From Amphiscolops sp. MND2022 (lineage: Eukaryota), in NCBI GenBank assembly GCA_964187785.1, contig OZ076409.1, forward strand, positions 64,730,001-64,794,000: DNA of 64,000 bases, read 5' to 3'. The notes under the pieces are model-generated. The model was not told the origin of the DNA and did no database searches. It saw only the letters and a program-made list of their open reading frames with translations. The translations under genes and the position numbers were made by a program. Below are positions 12,881-25,214 of this stretch, one piece after another; position 1 is the first letter of the stretch, and every line of letters starts with the position of its first letter.

Positions 12881-15712
12881 TTATGATCTACAAAAAGTAC
12901 ATAGGCATTTCAGGTAGAAACTGCATGAGTGATCAATGTTGAAACAATTTGCAGTTTTATCAGCAAGGAACCGATTTATACAAGACTTGAAAATATCAAG
13001 AGGCATATCAAAAGACACAATTTTCAAATTTATCAGTTCATTTGCTGAACGCGCCGCTCTAATATAGAAATTGTCATTTGTGGAAAAATTGTTGCATTTT
13101 GGAATGTAGAACAGGCCATTCGATGACGAGCGTGTGCATAGGTTGGATCTCATGATATTGTTGTCTAGGTCCACAGAATTGTTACACAACTTCCATAACA
13201 GAATAACGTCGTTTTTCACAATTTGGTAGCATATAGGAAGGATGTCAAGATGTATCAGTGCTGAAACAAGAGAAGAAGTTTTATTGATCCAACGTATTAC
13301 TTTGTATTGAAAATTTTCAAGTTGACGAAGCTGGGTTCTAGTTGGACACCATACAGGTGAGCCATACAGTAAAATAGGAAGAATAAGGGATGAATACAAT
13401 AACTTTTTCCTTTTAGAAGATGTAGAAAATGGAATGTTTCTCTTTAGAAAAAAGAAAACTCTTTTTGATTTTAGGAGCTTAGAATCAACATGTCGTTTCC
13501 ATGATAAGTGGTTAGAGATAATGAAACCAAGGTCATCCATTTCTTCGACAAAGGGAAGAGGATTGCAACCAAGCATCAATTGGTCGGATTTGTTTTTGCG
13601 ACTAAAATCGATAACTTTACACTTTTTAGGGTGAAAGTCAAGATTGTTCAATTCGCTCCATTCAGAAAGACTATTAATGTCGGCTTGAACTGATTGTGCA
13701 TTGAAGTTATTGAAGACCTTAAGATCATCGGCAAAGAGTCGGAATTGGCTGTCTTGTATGCCATCACCAATATCATTTATAAAACATAAAAATAGTAACG
13801 GACCCAACACACTGCCCTGGGGCACACCTGATGTAACAGGTAGGGCCGACGAAATAGATTGATTTATGCGCACACTCTGGTAGCGCCCAAATAGATAAGA
13901 GTTGAATAATTGCAGAAAATTGCTGTCGAAAGAAAATTTTTCAAGTTTTGACAACAACAAATGGTGAGAAACAGAATCAAAGGCCTTTGTGACATCAAAA
14001 TAAACAGCAACGGCATAAGAATCACAATCACAAGAAGCATAAACACTGTCCAGGTAGCTGATCATTTGAGAAACAGTGCTTCTAGATTTCATGAAACCAT
14101 GTTGTTCACGTTTAATCATTCGACTAATTCTAGGGTAAATAAAATTAAACAATATTCTCTCAAGGACAAGCGACAGCTTAGGCAGAATACTAATTGGTCT
14201 GTAGTTGGTAATGTCCGAATGATTTCCAGACTTATGTAGAGGAGTGACAAGTGAAGTTTTCCATTGAGATGGCCAGGTACGGTTCCGTATAATCCAATTA
14301 AATAAATCAAAAGCAAGAGGGGCGAGGATATCAGAACAGCTACTTAGAACAAATGATGGAATATTGTCAGCACCACATGCACTGGAATCAGGGCATTTTC
14401 TCAACAGATCTTCAACATCGGAAACAGACAGTTGGAAGTCATCTAGTTTAATCGAGGGGTTATCAAAGGTCTCAGGAAACTGATGATCTTCTTTCTCATT
14501 GAATACAGACGCAAAATAAGAATTGAACTCTGAAGATTTTTCATGATCGCTATTCAGAGCTTTGGTTTTGTGAAACATTACTGAGGGAAGTGTCTTGCCA
14601 AATCCAAGGTTGCGTAACAACTTGAAACACAGCCTAGAAGATGAAAGATCAAACTGATTTACGAACAATTGTTTGTCTAGTTCAATAGAATCAGAAATAG
14701 CTGTTGTAATTTCTTTGAGTTTGGTAGCTTGCAGGAAAGAACTGTACTTTGACAATTTGCGAAGAGTTGTGTCTCTGGTATTTAGAAGATGAATAGTGTG
14801 AGAAGAATAGTATAACGGCAGTGATAGTCGTTTAGCACGTTTAGTTGCAATGGAGCTGTTTAGCGATGAAGATAGAATCAAATACCACTCTTCGGGATAT
14901 TGACTGTTTGGGATATTGTCGAAACTGACCAGATTGAATAAAGGTTGTAAACAACCATTGAATGAAATCACATTGAAGGATGATCTGGAAAAAACATTCT
15001 TGTAGGAGTTTAAAGACACAGAGGAAGCGAAATCAAAGTATATAGGATAGTGGTCAGAAAATAGAACAGGGCTAATTGACAGGGCTAAACATTGACTATC
15101 ACAGAACACAAGGTCAAGAATGTTTTGATTTTTATGTGTAGGCTCATGAACCATCTGAACTAGGTCTTTTTCAAGAATAAAGTCAAGGAAATAACGTTCC
15201 ATTGAAGAAGTAGAAGAATAGGATTTCCAGTCGACATTTGGGAAGTTGAAATCACCAAGAATGTAGACATTATGGGTACCAGTGTAGCCGAATTGCAGCA
15301 AAATATCAACAAACTTTTTGTAATAGGCTTCCATACATCGGACTAATTCTGAAATAACCACAGAATATTTAGAAGAGTAGTAGGGAGGATTGTATACCAA
15401 TATAAAGAACGAGGGAACATCACTGAGAATTACACAAGCAATGGCGAAACCGAATTCCTCAATAGTAATATCAATTGCACGAATTGGAATGTTGGACGAA
15501 TGGGCAATTAGTAAGCCACCATGTTCACCGCGACTTCTATCAGTGCGCGCAATAGTACGATAAGAGGAACCAATGAAAACTTCTGAGTCAGTAATTTCAT
15601 CATGAAGCCATGTTTCCGTAAGAAAAACCAAAGCAACAGAGTTAGAATTGCACAGATGAACTAAAGTCATACGCTTTTCCATTGGACATATTGATTGACA
15701 ATTCACCAGCAT
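12881..15712 (-). CDS. LINE ORF2: apurinic endonuclease plus reverse transcriptase (943 aa)
   Basis: APE motifs VNCQS, LTETWL, GDFN, LDLVF, SDH. RT motifs NYRPISIL, QHGF, FDVTKAFDSV, GVPQGSVLGPLLF, FADD. Confidence 0.95.
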   Translation of the reverse strand: MLVNCQSICPMEKRMTLVHLCNSNSVALVFLTETWLHDEITDSEVFIGSSYRTIARTDRSRGEHGGLLIAHSSNIPIRAIDITIEEFGFAIACVILSDVPSFFILVYNPPYYSSKYSVVISELVRCMEAYYKKFVDILLQFGYTGTHNVYILGDFNFPNVDWKSYSSTSSMERYFLDFILEKDLVQMVHEPTHKNQNILDLVFCDSQCLALSISPVLFSDHYPIYFDFASSVSLNSYKNVFSRSSFNVISFNGCLQPLFNLVSFDNIPNSQYPEEWYLILSSSLNSSIATKRAKRLSLPLYYSSHTIHLLNTRDTTLRKLSKYSSFLQATKLKEITTAISDSIELDKQLFVNQFDLSSSRLCFKLLRNLGFGKTLPSVMFHKTKALNSDHEKSSEFNSYFASVFNEKEDHQFPETFDNPSIKLDDFQLSVSDVEDLLRKCPDSSACGADNIPSFVLSSCSDILAPLAFDLFNWIIRNRTWPSQWKTSLVTPLHKSGNHSDITNYRPISILPKLSLVLERILFNFIYPRISRMIKREQHGFMKSRSTVSQMISYLDSVYASCDCDSYAVAVYFDVTKAFDSVSHHLLLSKLEKFSFDSNFLQLFNSYLFGRYQSVRINQSISSALPVTSGVPQGSVLGPLLFLCFINDIGDGIQDSQFRLFADDLKVFNNFNAQSVQADINSLSEWSELNNLDFHPKKCKVIDFSRKNKSDQLMLGCNPLPFVEEMDDLGFIISNHLSWKRHVDSKLLKSKRVFFFLKRNIPFSTSSKRKKLLYSSLILPILLYGSPVWCPTRTQLRQLENFQYKVIRWINKTSSLVSALIHLDILPICYQIVKNDVILLWKLCNNSVDLDNNIMRSNLCTRSSSNGLFYIPKCNNFSTNDNFYIRAARSANELINLKIVSFDMPLDIFKSCINRFLADKTANCFNIDHSCSFYLKCLCTFCRS

Positions 15713-15730
15713 ACATCTCAGAGAGTCTAG

Positions 15731-16615
15731 TCAAGTAGATTCAATTTCAACTTCTTTGTTTTGATAATAGAGTTTTAGGTTTCGTATACGGAAATCTTTC
15801 TTGTCTTTATTTTCTGCGTGGATCATATGATATCTTTTGGATAGAATGTTCTTTTCACGTTGGCGATCAGCAGAGGATAAAAGTTTTTTGATGTAGACAC
15901 GATAGTCGAATGTTTGGAGATGGTGACTGCGAGCAAAACAGTGGTTCATGAAGAGAGGATTCGTTGCAGTAACAAGTATTGGACGACATCGTGAACTAGA
16001 ATTCTCTCCCTTATCGGACTCCTTTGTTTTAGAAATCTTTCCCAGTCGGCGAATAGCATTTATATTGCCTTCAGTGCGCAAACCCATGTGCTGAATAATA
16101 TCATCAACCATTTTAGTGTCTTCTTCAACTTGTTTAAAGTATTTTTCTTCTTTTTCAGGAATCCCAGTAATGATAAACTGAGGTTCAGAGGGAGGTTTCT
16201 TGGCATTCAAAACAATATCTCGATAAGAGGGAAGAGAGCTGGTAACAGCCTCTTTGACGTTTTCATTCATGTCAGGTAAGGCATTTTTAATAAGGCCAGG
16301 TACAATTTCAGATACTGAATTTTTAATGGTGACTTGAAAATCGGACAAAATTGAATTCAACTTAGCTTCAGTAAGAGAAGAGACGGCTTCTTCATTGGCA
16401 GTGGGAAGGCACACGTCACAGTTCCATTGGATGTTGGGCTTCTCCCCCAACCAGACAATTTCATCAGAGCTTAGTCCAGCACAGGAGCCATGAACCCAGG
16501 ATGCACAACGGGAACACCCAATACAATTCATATCGTCGTCTTTAATCAACTTCTTGCAGCAACCACATTTGATTGTAGATTTAGAACCACACCTTGGTCT
16601 CATCTTGGGCTTCAT
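15731..16615 (-). CDS. LINE ORF1 with N-terminal PHD finger
   Basis: CxxC...CxxCxxWVHxxC...WxCxxC PHD pattern, followed by IITGIPE/RRLGK/RPILV motifs typical of CR1/L2 ORF1. First ATG at 16615 (the ORF track starts at GTG 16651). Confidence 0.85.
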   Translation of the reverse strand: MKPKMRPRCGSKSTIKCGCCKKLIKDDDMNCIGCSRCASWVHGSCAGLSSDEIVWLGEKPNIQWNCDVCLPTANEEAVSSLTEAKLNSILSDFQVTIKNSVSEIVPGLIKNALPDMNENVKEAVTSSLPSYRDIVLNAKKPPSEPQFIITGIPEKEEKYFKQVEEDTKMVDDIIQHMGLRTEGNINAIRRLGKISKTKESDKGENSSSRCRPILVTATNPLFMNHCFARSHHLQTFDYRVYIKKLLSSADRQREKNILSKRYHMIHAENKDKKDFRIRNLKLYYQNKEVEIEST

Positions 16616-18263
16616 TACATTGAATATGAAACTATTTAATAAGTTTATCACAACAAAAATATTTATTAGGTCATTTCGCCTAATTTTCTTAGGCGAAATG
16701 ACTCAACTAAATTTTTAGGCGAAATGGCATTAGGCGAAATGACCTGCATCCAATTTGCCCACGCCTGAGGCGTTTCAACATTCAAGTCCACAAAGTCCAT
16801 CTATATTTTGACAAAAATTTACCAAAAATAGTGAAAATCGGAAAATTTTCGAAACTTTGTCTTTTTCGATGTCAATTCCGGTTTAAAAAACTGAATTTAT
16901 CTCTTTTCTAAGCATACTGGACATTACGTTTTTTCCTTGTTGACCTTTGTCGATGTTCCAATCCACGAAGACCGACAAAAATTTGGGGAAAAAGCATAAA
17001 GTCATTGAAAAATAGAACATTTTTCGATTTTTGTTTTTTTTCGGTGTTACATGGAGACATTTTCACATACAAACCTGCAATAAACTCTTCGAAAAGCCTA
17101 CTGGACAATACATTTTTTACTTGTTGACCCTTTTCAACGTTCCAATTGACAAAGTCCGTTAAAAATTTGCAGTTAAATGCATAAAATCTTTGAAAAAAGA
17201 AAAACATTGTGGTTTTTGTCATTTTCGGTGTCAATTTGAGATTTGTTTGTTTGAAAAACAGCAATTATCTCAATTATCTCTCCAGAAAAGCCTACTGGAC
17301 ACCGAATTAGTGCCATGTTGAGCGTTTTCAAGAGTGTAATCCACAAAATTCATCAAAATTTTGTCCAAAAATTTTATAAATCGGGAAATTTTTGATTATT
17401 CGTCATTTTCTGGTTTTTTCTTTCCAGCATAACCTCATTCATCTCTCATAATCAACTACTGGACAACAAATTCTTGCCTTGTTGAACCTTTTAACATTCT
17501 AATTCACGTTATGTATCAAAAAAATTGCACTAAAACGTAAAAACTTTGAAATTTTTGCAAACTTTCTCTTTTGGGGGCATTTTTGGGTCATTCTGCGTTT
17601 CTTGGGGTCAACTAAAAAGTCCAGAAGTCTCCGCAAACACAAATCGCACGAAGCTAAATTTATGTGGGTTGCATTCTATGGGTACCACCCTTCAAATTAT
17701 ATATGAGATTGGTGCTTGGCAAATCTTGTTCTATATATCTTGTTGTTGCAGAACTGCTTCTTTCCCGGACTTACTTGCATCGCAAAAAAGTTTTATGGGA
17801 AGACTTCTTTCAGAACTTCCCACTTACACAAGTTTTTTTACCCTTCCTTTGATTATTCTAAATACAGGAAATACAGGTTGGTCTCTCGTTGTTGTGGGCT
17901 GAATTCATGGCACAGCTGTGCTTGCATTTGTAAGAACTTATGCATTTTTTCTAACGCTCCTAATTACGACCTTTTGAAGGCCTTAATTTCAGTTGTTTAT
18001 ATTGCTCCGATTAGCTCTGGGGAATATCTCGGGTGCATAATCGGATTGGCCTTAACGAAAAGCGTCTCTCAAGCCGTGTGGAGCTCGGTGTTCACTCACG
18101 AGGGAAATTTTGAAAAAGACTAAATTGAAGCCCTGTACTTTTAGATGCCGACAACGTCTCAACTTCACTGAATCTCAACCAAGATCTACAAAACATCTAA
18201 ATATTCTACCCTCTCTAAAAAATGGCATTTCAAACTCCTACAAGGAAGCATCCGCTTCCTCAT

Positions 18264-20214
18264 TTTATGATGTGTACACTGATTTAAATGAGTTTTATTA
18301 TATGTTGCCTTGTTTAAGACGAAGAATTGATGTCCCATTGGAATGTGCCTTCTAGTGAACACTGCAAAAACCAGTTTTAATTTAACAGTGTTCTGATCCG
18401 CTGCGGATACGACACGTGGCTTCCAGACCAGAAGGCAATTCAAAATTAGTATGCACAAAAAACTTTTGTCAGTTTACTGTACAATTCCATTGGAATTGTT
18501 GAAATCAGATTGCGTAAGCACATACGAGAACTCGTTAACGTCGATCACGGTTTTGAATTGAATCCAGAGTCCGTGACCATGTCAAACGACGGCTACAGCT
18601 ACCTCAAATCTGAAGAACTGAAAAAGAAAAGAATCATTCTGTGGCACGATATGAACAGTATTACCATCACACTTCAGAGAATTAACAACTACCAACCTCG
18701 ACAGTGATTCAGCTGTTAGCTTCACTGCGAAATCTTACAAACGTATCCGGCATAGCATATTGTCAACGTCGATTGTGAAGAGACATCGATTACCTTTCAA
18801 GCACCGAGAACGTTAGACTGCCCAAAAATCCAAATCACGACTGACATTTTGAGCAAGTCAGCAGCGCAGTGAAGTTATCGTTGAGCAATCGCGAACTCAT
18901 ATCTCTTGGCGTGGACCTACATTACTACCCGAACTTGAAGAAGGTCTGGAAAACGAGGCACAAAATGAAGAACTCACGATCAGAGAAGAGAAGCTAAAAT
19001 AAAAAGGGAAGACAACTAAAGGTGTGTTTTTTGTCTCGCGGAATCAGAGCCGCTGATGTTACCCAGTAATAGCTTTTCAACTTAAAGAAAAGCTTCCAGA
19101 GTGTTGGACTCAGAGGCCCGTGAGTCAGTCTTAGCAGTTAGGACTCAAATTGCACGAATTGTATTTTTCCAATAGTCATCGCCAAATTCATTGGTTAGAC
19201 CGGAAATGAGTCTCCTCTTCGCATCCAGAAACATAGAAGACATGAAATTCATAGACATCCGTAAGATCTCATAAATTATTTGAAGCCATAAGTGAGACTG
19301 GTGTTTCCAGAACGCACTGGAATTTATCACATATCTCACGGGGAGAATTAACTCTGAGTACTTTGAAAAGCTCCGAGAGGCTGTGCCTTTTTGCAAGTTT
19401 GTCGATCTTAAGACTTTCTCGGATCCTGAACCTGACATGACCCGATTACATTTATTCGCTGCCCTATGAGACAGCAAGTCCAAGCTCAAGTTGCGTGAGG
19501 CTTTCAGAGTAAACAACAGCTTGGCGGTCGAAGAATTGCTTCAACTCATTCAATATAGAACATGCGAAGTAACAGGGCCGTAACAGTAAAAACATCTGAG
19601 TCGCCGTTAGAAGACAGGGCTGTGTGGACGATAAGAACAAAAACCATTTCAGTCAAGTTTTGAGTGCCCTGATGAGAGTGAAAAGTATCACAATCGCTCC
19701 AAGCAACGAGACTACTACGGAATGGGCAGACCAAAACGAACTACAAGCAGCGCGGACTGAGGGCAAAACCCATTCAAAATCAACTACATCAGTGTACCAT
19801 TCTTGTGAAGAACTAGATGCAGATTAAATCACCAGTGTATAAGAGGTCATCAATTATCTGCTGTCATCAATTATCCCATCGGAGAGCGTCTGGTCTTTCG
19901 TGCTGGACTTCATAATGCATCTTTTCTTGCGATATATGTCACATGGGACACTTCTTTTGTTGTAGACTCTTCTACCATTCCAGGGATCCTCATTAGGATG
20001 TCAGCAAGGGTCAGGAAACCGAAGTCAACGATCACATTTGTAAGTAACTATGGAAACTCTTGGAAGGTGCGTGATGTGTATACTGATTCATATAAGTTGT
20101 TGTTATATTGCTTTTTATAGATGAAGTGTTGATGCCCTTTTGGCTTGTGCCTTCTAATGAACACTGCCAATACTAGCTTTCATTGAACAGTGTTTTCATT
20201 CTCTGTGGATACGA
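18264..20214 (+). repeat. Pair of diverged ~150-bp direct repeats (18264-18410, 20071-20214) bracketing decayed retroelement-like sequence
   Basis: TGATGTGTACACTGATT...GTGCCTTCTAGTGAACACTGC...GGATACGA occurs twice; only broken ORF fragments lie between. Confidence 0.5.
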
Positions 20215-20961
20215 TTTTTAATTTTCAAAAACAGCTGTAATATGGCGGAAACCTACAACACACCGTTCAGGAAAGTTTTTCAGTTTGCAAAATGTCTCCG
20301 AAACCACCTGGTTCCGCTTGAAGGGCGTTTAGTGTAAATCTGCGAGCTTTCTTTGTAAGACACTCAGCTTTTCCAAAACTTTCACTGAAAAAGAAACACC
20401 TCTTTTTTGGGACAACGACCACTTTCCGATTGGCAAAAAATCATTACTCTTTAACTCAGAACACGTGTGGACTGAGAACCATATATTTTCATGACCGCAC
20501 TGAAGCATACGCATGGTCGAAGGAGGTATCTCGAAACCCTGCGAAACTGACACAACATGCTTGATCGCGAAGCAAAAAGCAACAATATCACGAGTCCACA
20601 ATTGAAAACCTCTGAAACTGAAAACGCAAAAGAGAACTTCATTTATACGTTGACTGACGCTTGGAAAGTCATGAATTTACCTGCCGAAAATGAGTGGTCG
20701 AACTGGCTCAACGTGCTACCGCTGCTGCTGAGATACGGCTCTAACCTCAAAACCCTGATGTCCAAGACGGTTCACGGCTATGTTTCAGTAAGAAACTCAA
20801 ATCTTCAACTGATTCATCTCGATGCGACTAGCATCAAAGTATTATTGTGATACTGCTAAATGTAAACATTGCAGCCTGATTGTTGTGATAAACTTATTGA
20901 TAAGTTTCAGAGACGTTGATTGAAATTGACCCACATCTGGTTGCTGGACACATGTTTGGAT

Positions 20962-21071
20962 CTTGTGGACCTGGATTGGACCTTGACTGGTTTGCAAACG
21001 GCTACAAGGCCATCAGTTGCAGAGATGTTGATTGCTTGCGGACCTGGATTGGACCTTGACTGGTTTGCAAA
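20962..21071 (+). repeat. Short direct repeat, two ~37-bp copies starting 73 bp apart
   Basis: GGACCTGGATTGGACCTTGACTGGTTTGCAAA occurs twice. Confidence 0.8.
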
Positions 21072-21221
21072 AAAGCTAGAGGCTCTACTCTATCCTGTTA
21101 CTTTGTTTCTTTATCCATTATTATCTATGGTCTTCCTTATAGGCGCAAGCTGCTTAGTTAACGCTTATAACCGTAACTTGGCCACTCTTCCGAATTTGGC
21201 ACATTTCGTTTCTGCAACTTC

Positions 21222-21725
21222 TTAAAGCACCAGTTGATTGTATGGTAAAGAAACTCTTGATAAGGATTTTCAGAAAATTTTGCATAGCATTTGGCGCTTT
21301 TTCACGGAATATTGAGATTCCAGGAAATGGGACCAAAAAATCAATAAAAAATTGAGTGCAGATTTTTCCGTTTTTCCAGTTTTTGTTTGAGGCCCTTTCA
21401 TTTCACTGGTATCCACATTGGGTCAAAGCGGCCCCAGCTTCTTTTGAAACATGCTGAAAAGCAATCAGAGACACGACGCGTACAAAGTTCTGGCGCAAAC
21501 TCCGGAGTCAGTGCGGCGAAGCGGAAGACTTTTTGCGCAATGGGCCCGCGCTAGCGAGCCACCAGCTTAACAGTTCAAAAATTGATTTAAAAGCACTGAT
21601 GATCCCCTTTCGAAAGCTCTATAAATTGTTTGTCGGCCTCAATTTGTTTAGGAGCTAATGTGGTTTATAATTTAAGCACCCGATTTTCGATTGGATGCAA
21701 AATCTTCCTGGTCAACCTAAGGTTA
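21222..21725 (+). mobile_element. Dispersed ~500-bp MITE-like repeat (second copy at 61319-61784)
   Basis: Alignable along its length with 61319-61784. Ends CCTGGTCAACCTAAGGTTA, with a weakly inverted left end. Confidence 0.6.
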
Positions 21726-24366
21726 TTTCATTAAAATGCCTCAAGCAAAAAGGACTGAAAGAAATATTCTGACAAATTGTGGCCTATCTTTGAACCCACA
21801 AGCCGTCGATCCTAGGAAAAAGCTCCAAGTTATCTCACTATGAAGTAGAACTGGAAAATTGGTAATTTGTCACGACGTGATCAGCAAATCTATTTCAAAG
21901 CTGCGGTAACAGACCCCGTCAGACAAAGAATTTGTTGGACATCCTGTGTTGGTTCAAGAACAGAATACACGCTATTCTGTACGTCCTACGGGCAAATCAT
22001 TTCATTGCTGATCTCTAAAAAAGACACCCAAACACAGGGACTGGCCTCAAGTTACTACATACTTTATTGCAGAACCAATACAACTTTAGAAATCTGATCC
22101 GCTAAAAACGATCCCTCTCGAAAAACCGACCATCTCAGAGAAAACGAAAGAAAGCCGAAGAAGTCGCCTGTTGAATGTAAGCCACTCAAAACTGTTTATT
22201 TCGCTTAGGCGCCTCAGGGACATCAGTGTCACAGTAGGTACCTTCGTTGAATAGCCAAGCAATGAGTGACCGTAACAAAAAGAAAATCAACAAAACAAGG
22301 ATATGCATCAGTTGCCTAATACAAAGGAAACGAGCCGGCAATCCACCGAGCAGATACTTTTTGTAGAAAACTCAGACAACGGCCTTGCCAACAGTATGGA
22401 TATCAAAAAGGCGTTCTCCAAACATTTCCCAAATGAACAACTGATCCACGCTTTCAGGAACAGTAGAGGAAAAATCCATATGGAAATTGATGCCGCAGAC
22501 ACAGCAGCGGATATTTTGCAAAATTGGAATAACGATGCCATTTGTACAGATACTAGTTGTACAAACCCCAGAGGAAAACTCCGGCAAAATGATCTAATTA
22601 TAAGAGGAGTCGACACAGAAATGAGCGAAAAAACGCTGGCGGAACAAATCTCCGAACAACTCCACAAAGACATCGGAAAGGTCACAATCAGACGTTTCAT
22701 CAAAAAACTTGATAATGCCTGAATGACCACTGTCAAAGTTGACTCACAAGAAAAAAAATGTTAGAGACAGCATTAGCAAACAACGTTTTTGTCAACCAGC
22801 TGTTTTTCGGACCTACTGAATACATCGAGAAAGCAGATATTCACGTGACCAGATGCTTCAAATGCCAGAAATTCGGCAATATAGCATCATCTTGCAAATT
22901 CGGTCAAAAAGGTGGTAAAAGCTCGGAAATTCATAATACCGATAGCTGTCACCAATCGGAACAAAATTACAAATGTGTCAATTGTCTGGAACAACACTCT
23001 TCAGCATCGAAATAATGCCCTGTCTACCTGAAGACTATGGAGAAGTTGCATCAGTGCCGGCCCCTACCAAAACAATTACAAGACAAAATTGACTGACTCA
23101 TCACCGAAAACAATTGGCACACATAATGCAAGTAAATTTGGCAGTGTTAAGAACTCATTAGTCAACCTCGTTGTCTTTTTACCTGAACCAAGAAAAGCCC
23201 AATGCAGTGATTTTAACGGAGACTCCCCGAGAACTAGCAGCACATGAAAACAATAATTATTCTGCCATTAGCTACTGTGGGACGACCGGTCAGGAAGGAA
23301 TTTCTATTTTAGTCAGGAACGATATCACCCACCAAAACCTTCAAAGCCCCGATTGTCTCTTTGTGGACCATTGTCACTATCAACAGAATAGCAATTTTAT
23401 TGGGAGCCGTCTACATACCACCAACCTGCTCACCGAAAGTACAAACCTCCATCAGTCAGCTCGAGGAAGCTGTGACCGTTTCCACTAAACACAAGCTCGA
23501 ACTTCTACTAGCGGTTAACAATAATGCTACACACCCAATGGGGGGATAGATCAACGGATGTGCACGTCAGAACTCTAATTAATGCACTACCCGACTCCTC
23601 CTGGGTGCCAAATGTCATCAACGACGGACAACCCACTTTTGTGTCAACCAACGGAAGCAGTGTTATCGAGCTCTTTATCACGTCAGATAGAAAAACTGAA
23701 CCTACAAACTTCATATTGGTAGACCACGAGAAACAATTGTTCACTGGTGCTCCGACGAGGGACACCTTCCCGTATGGCTGAACATGAAAAGAGAAGACAC
23801 AAAAGAAGTCAAACTTACAAAAGGCCTCACGAACGCCAATTGGGAAGGATTCTACGAGTGTGTAGAAAGCCTTCTAACAGAAGGGATAGATTTAAAGACA
23901 ATGGACGCCAATTCCTCATGGTTGCTACTGAAAGAAACGTTTCAAACTGATTCAGAACAGCATATTCTAGTGACGAATGTCTTTTGCTTTTCAAAACTGT
24001 ATTGGTTTGAAGAACTCAGTTCGAAAAACCGATAGCTCTGTAAGGCACGGAGACACTACCGATACGGTAGCTCGGCGCAAAACCTCAAGCTTTTGAGAGT
24101 GCTTCAACAATCCTCTCAAATTATGGTAAATGAAGCAAACGAATACTTCAGAAGCTCTATCGAAGACGTTATGGATAGTCACTCAAAAGGTTTTCGGAAG
24201 CGTGTCAGTATGCTTTTGACGGAAAAGTCGATGCTGGAGTTTCCCCGTTGTTGAAAGAGGACAAATTACACTTTGCTGAAAGAGACAAATCAGATATATT
24301 TCGTCAAATTTTTCCATAGGAAAACTTTTGGAGAAATTCAACTTCAACGAAGAATTCAAGCTACAC

Positions 24367-25214
24367 GTAGAAAATACTTTACAACAATCCCTACATTCCG
24401 AAAGACCCGAAATAGAACGTGACAGGTGGTTTACTGCGACTTCATCTTCGAGGAACGGGAATACTTTCTGCGTTTTTTGAAAACATCGGGAAAGTCTCTC
24501 AATAACGACAACATCCATCTCAAAATGATCAAGTAGGCAGGTTCCCGATATAAAGAAGTCCGTTTTCGAAATGCAAACCGAAAACGGAATAAAAAGCACT
24601 GGAATCATTCAAAAGTGAAATTTCAGAGGAAGCAAGGTAAAACAGACTACACGACACCGTCAGCGTATCTGCCGATAACAACCTCTAGCTATATCGAAAA
24701 AATTGTGGAAAGATTATTGAATGCCAGGCTGAGCAGCTTCTTCTAAAAATTCAACGTGATAGACGAAGAGCAGCAAAACTTCCACTTCCAGTAGAAAATA
24801 CTTTACAACAATCCCTACATTCCGAAAGACCCGAAATAGAACGTGACAGGTGGTTTACTGCGACTTCATCTTCGAGGAACGGGAATACTTTCTGCGTTTT
24901 TTGAAAACATCGGGAAAGTCTCTCAATAACGACAACATCCATCTCAAAATGATCAAGTAGGCAGGTTTCCGATATAAAGAAGTCCGTTTTCGAAATGCAA
25001 ACCGAAAACGGAATAAAAAGCACTGGAATCATTCAAAAGTGAAATTTCAGAGGAAGCAAGGTAAAACAGACTACACGACACCGTCAGCGTATCTGCCGAT
25101 AACAACCTCTAGCTATATCGAAAAAATTGTGGAAAGATCATTGAATGCCAGGCTGAGCAGCTTCTTCTAAAAATTCAACGTGATAGACGAAGAGCAGCAA
25201 AACTTCCACTTCCA
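24367..25214 (+). repeat. Near-identical 424-bp tandem duplication inside LINE-A
   Basis: 24367-24790 is repeated as 24791-25214; only two substitutions noticed. Confidence 0.9.

Larger units (their letters stand above)
12813..16668 (-). mobile_element. Full-length, intact-looking CR1/L2-group LINE
   Basis: Two uninterrupted ORFs, an (ACT)6 tail at ~12812-12829, very short UTRs, and a probable TSD GGTCA (12808-12812, 16669-16673). Confidence 0.9.
12347..16751. mobile_element. Mutator/foldback-like MITE (TIRs built of GTCATTTCGCCTAA repeats) carrying a structured cassette and a LINE insertion
   Basis: Starts GGGAAATGGTC and ends GACCTGCATCC, with inverted TTCGCCTAA/TTAGGCGAA arrays. Perfect 8-bp TSD AATTTGCC at 12339-12346 and 16752-16759. 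Confidence 0.85.
8352..17730 (+). repeat. Large AT-rich non-coding composite repeat with diverged internal subrepeats and an internal block duplication; interrupted at 12347-16751
   Basis: Block ~9470-11500 recurs as ~11780-12346 plus 16760-17710. The motif CTACTGGACAAC...TTCAAC..TCCAATTCACAAAGTC recurs. An inverted copy lies at ~36990-40902. Confidence 0.7.
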
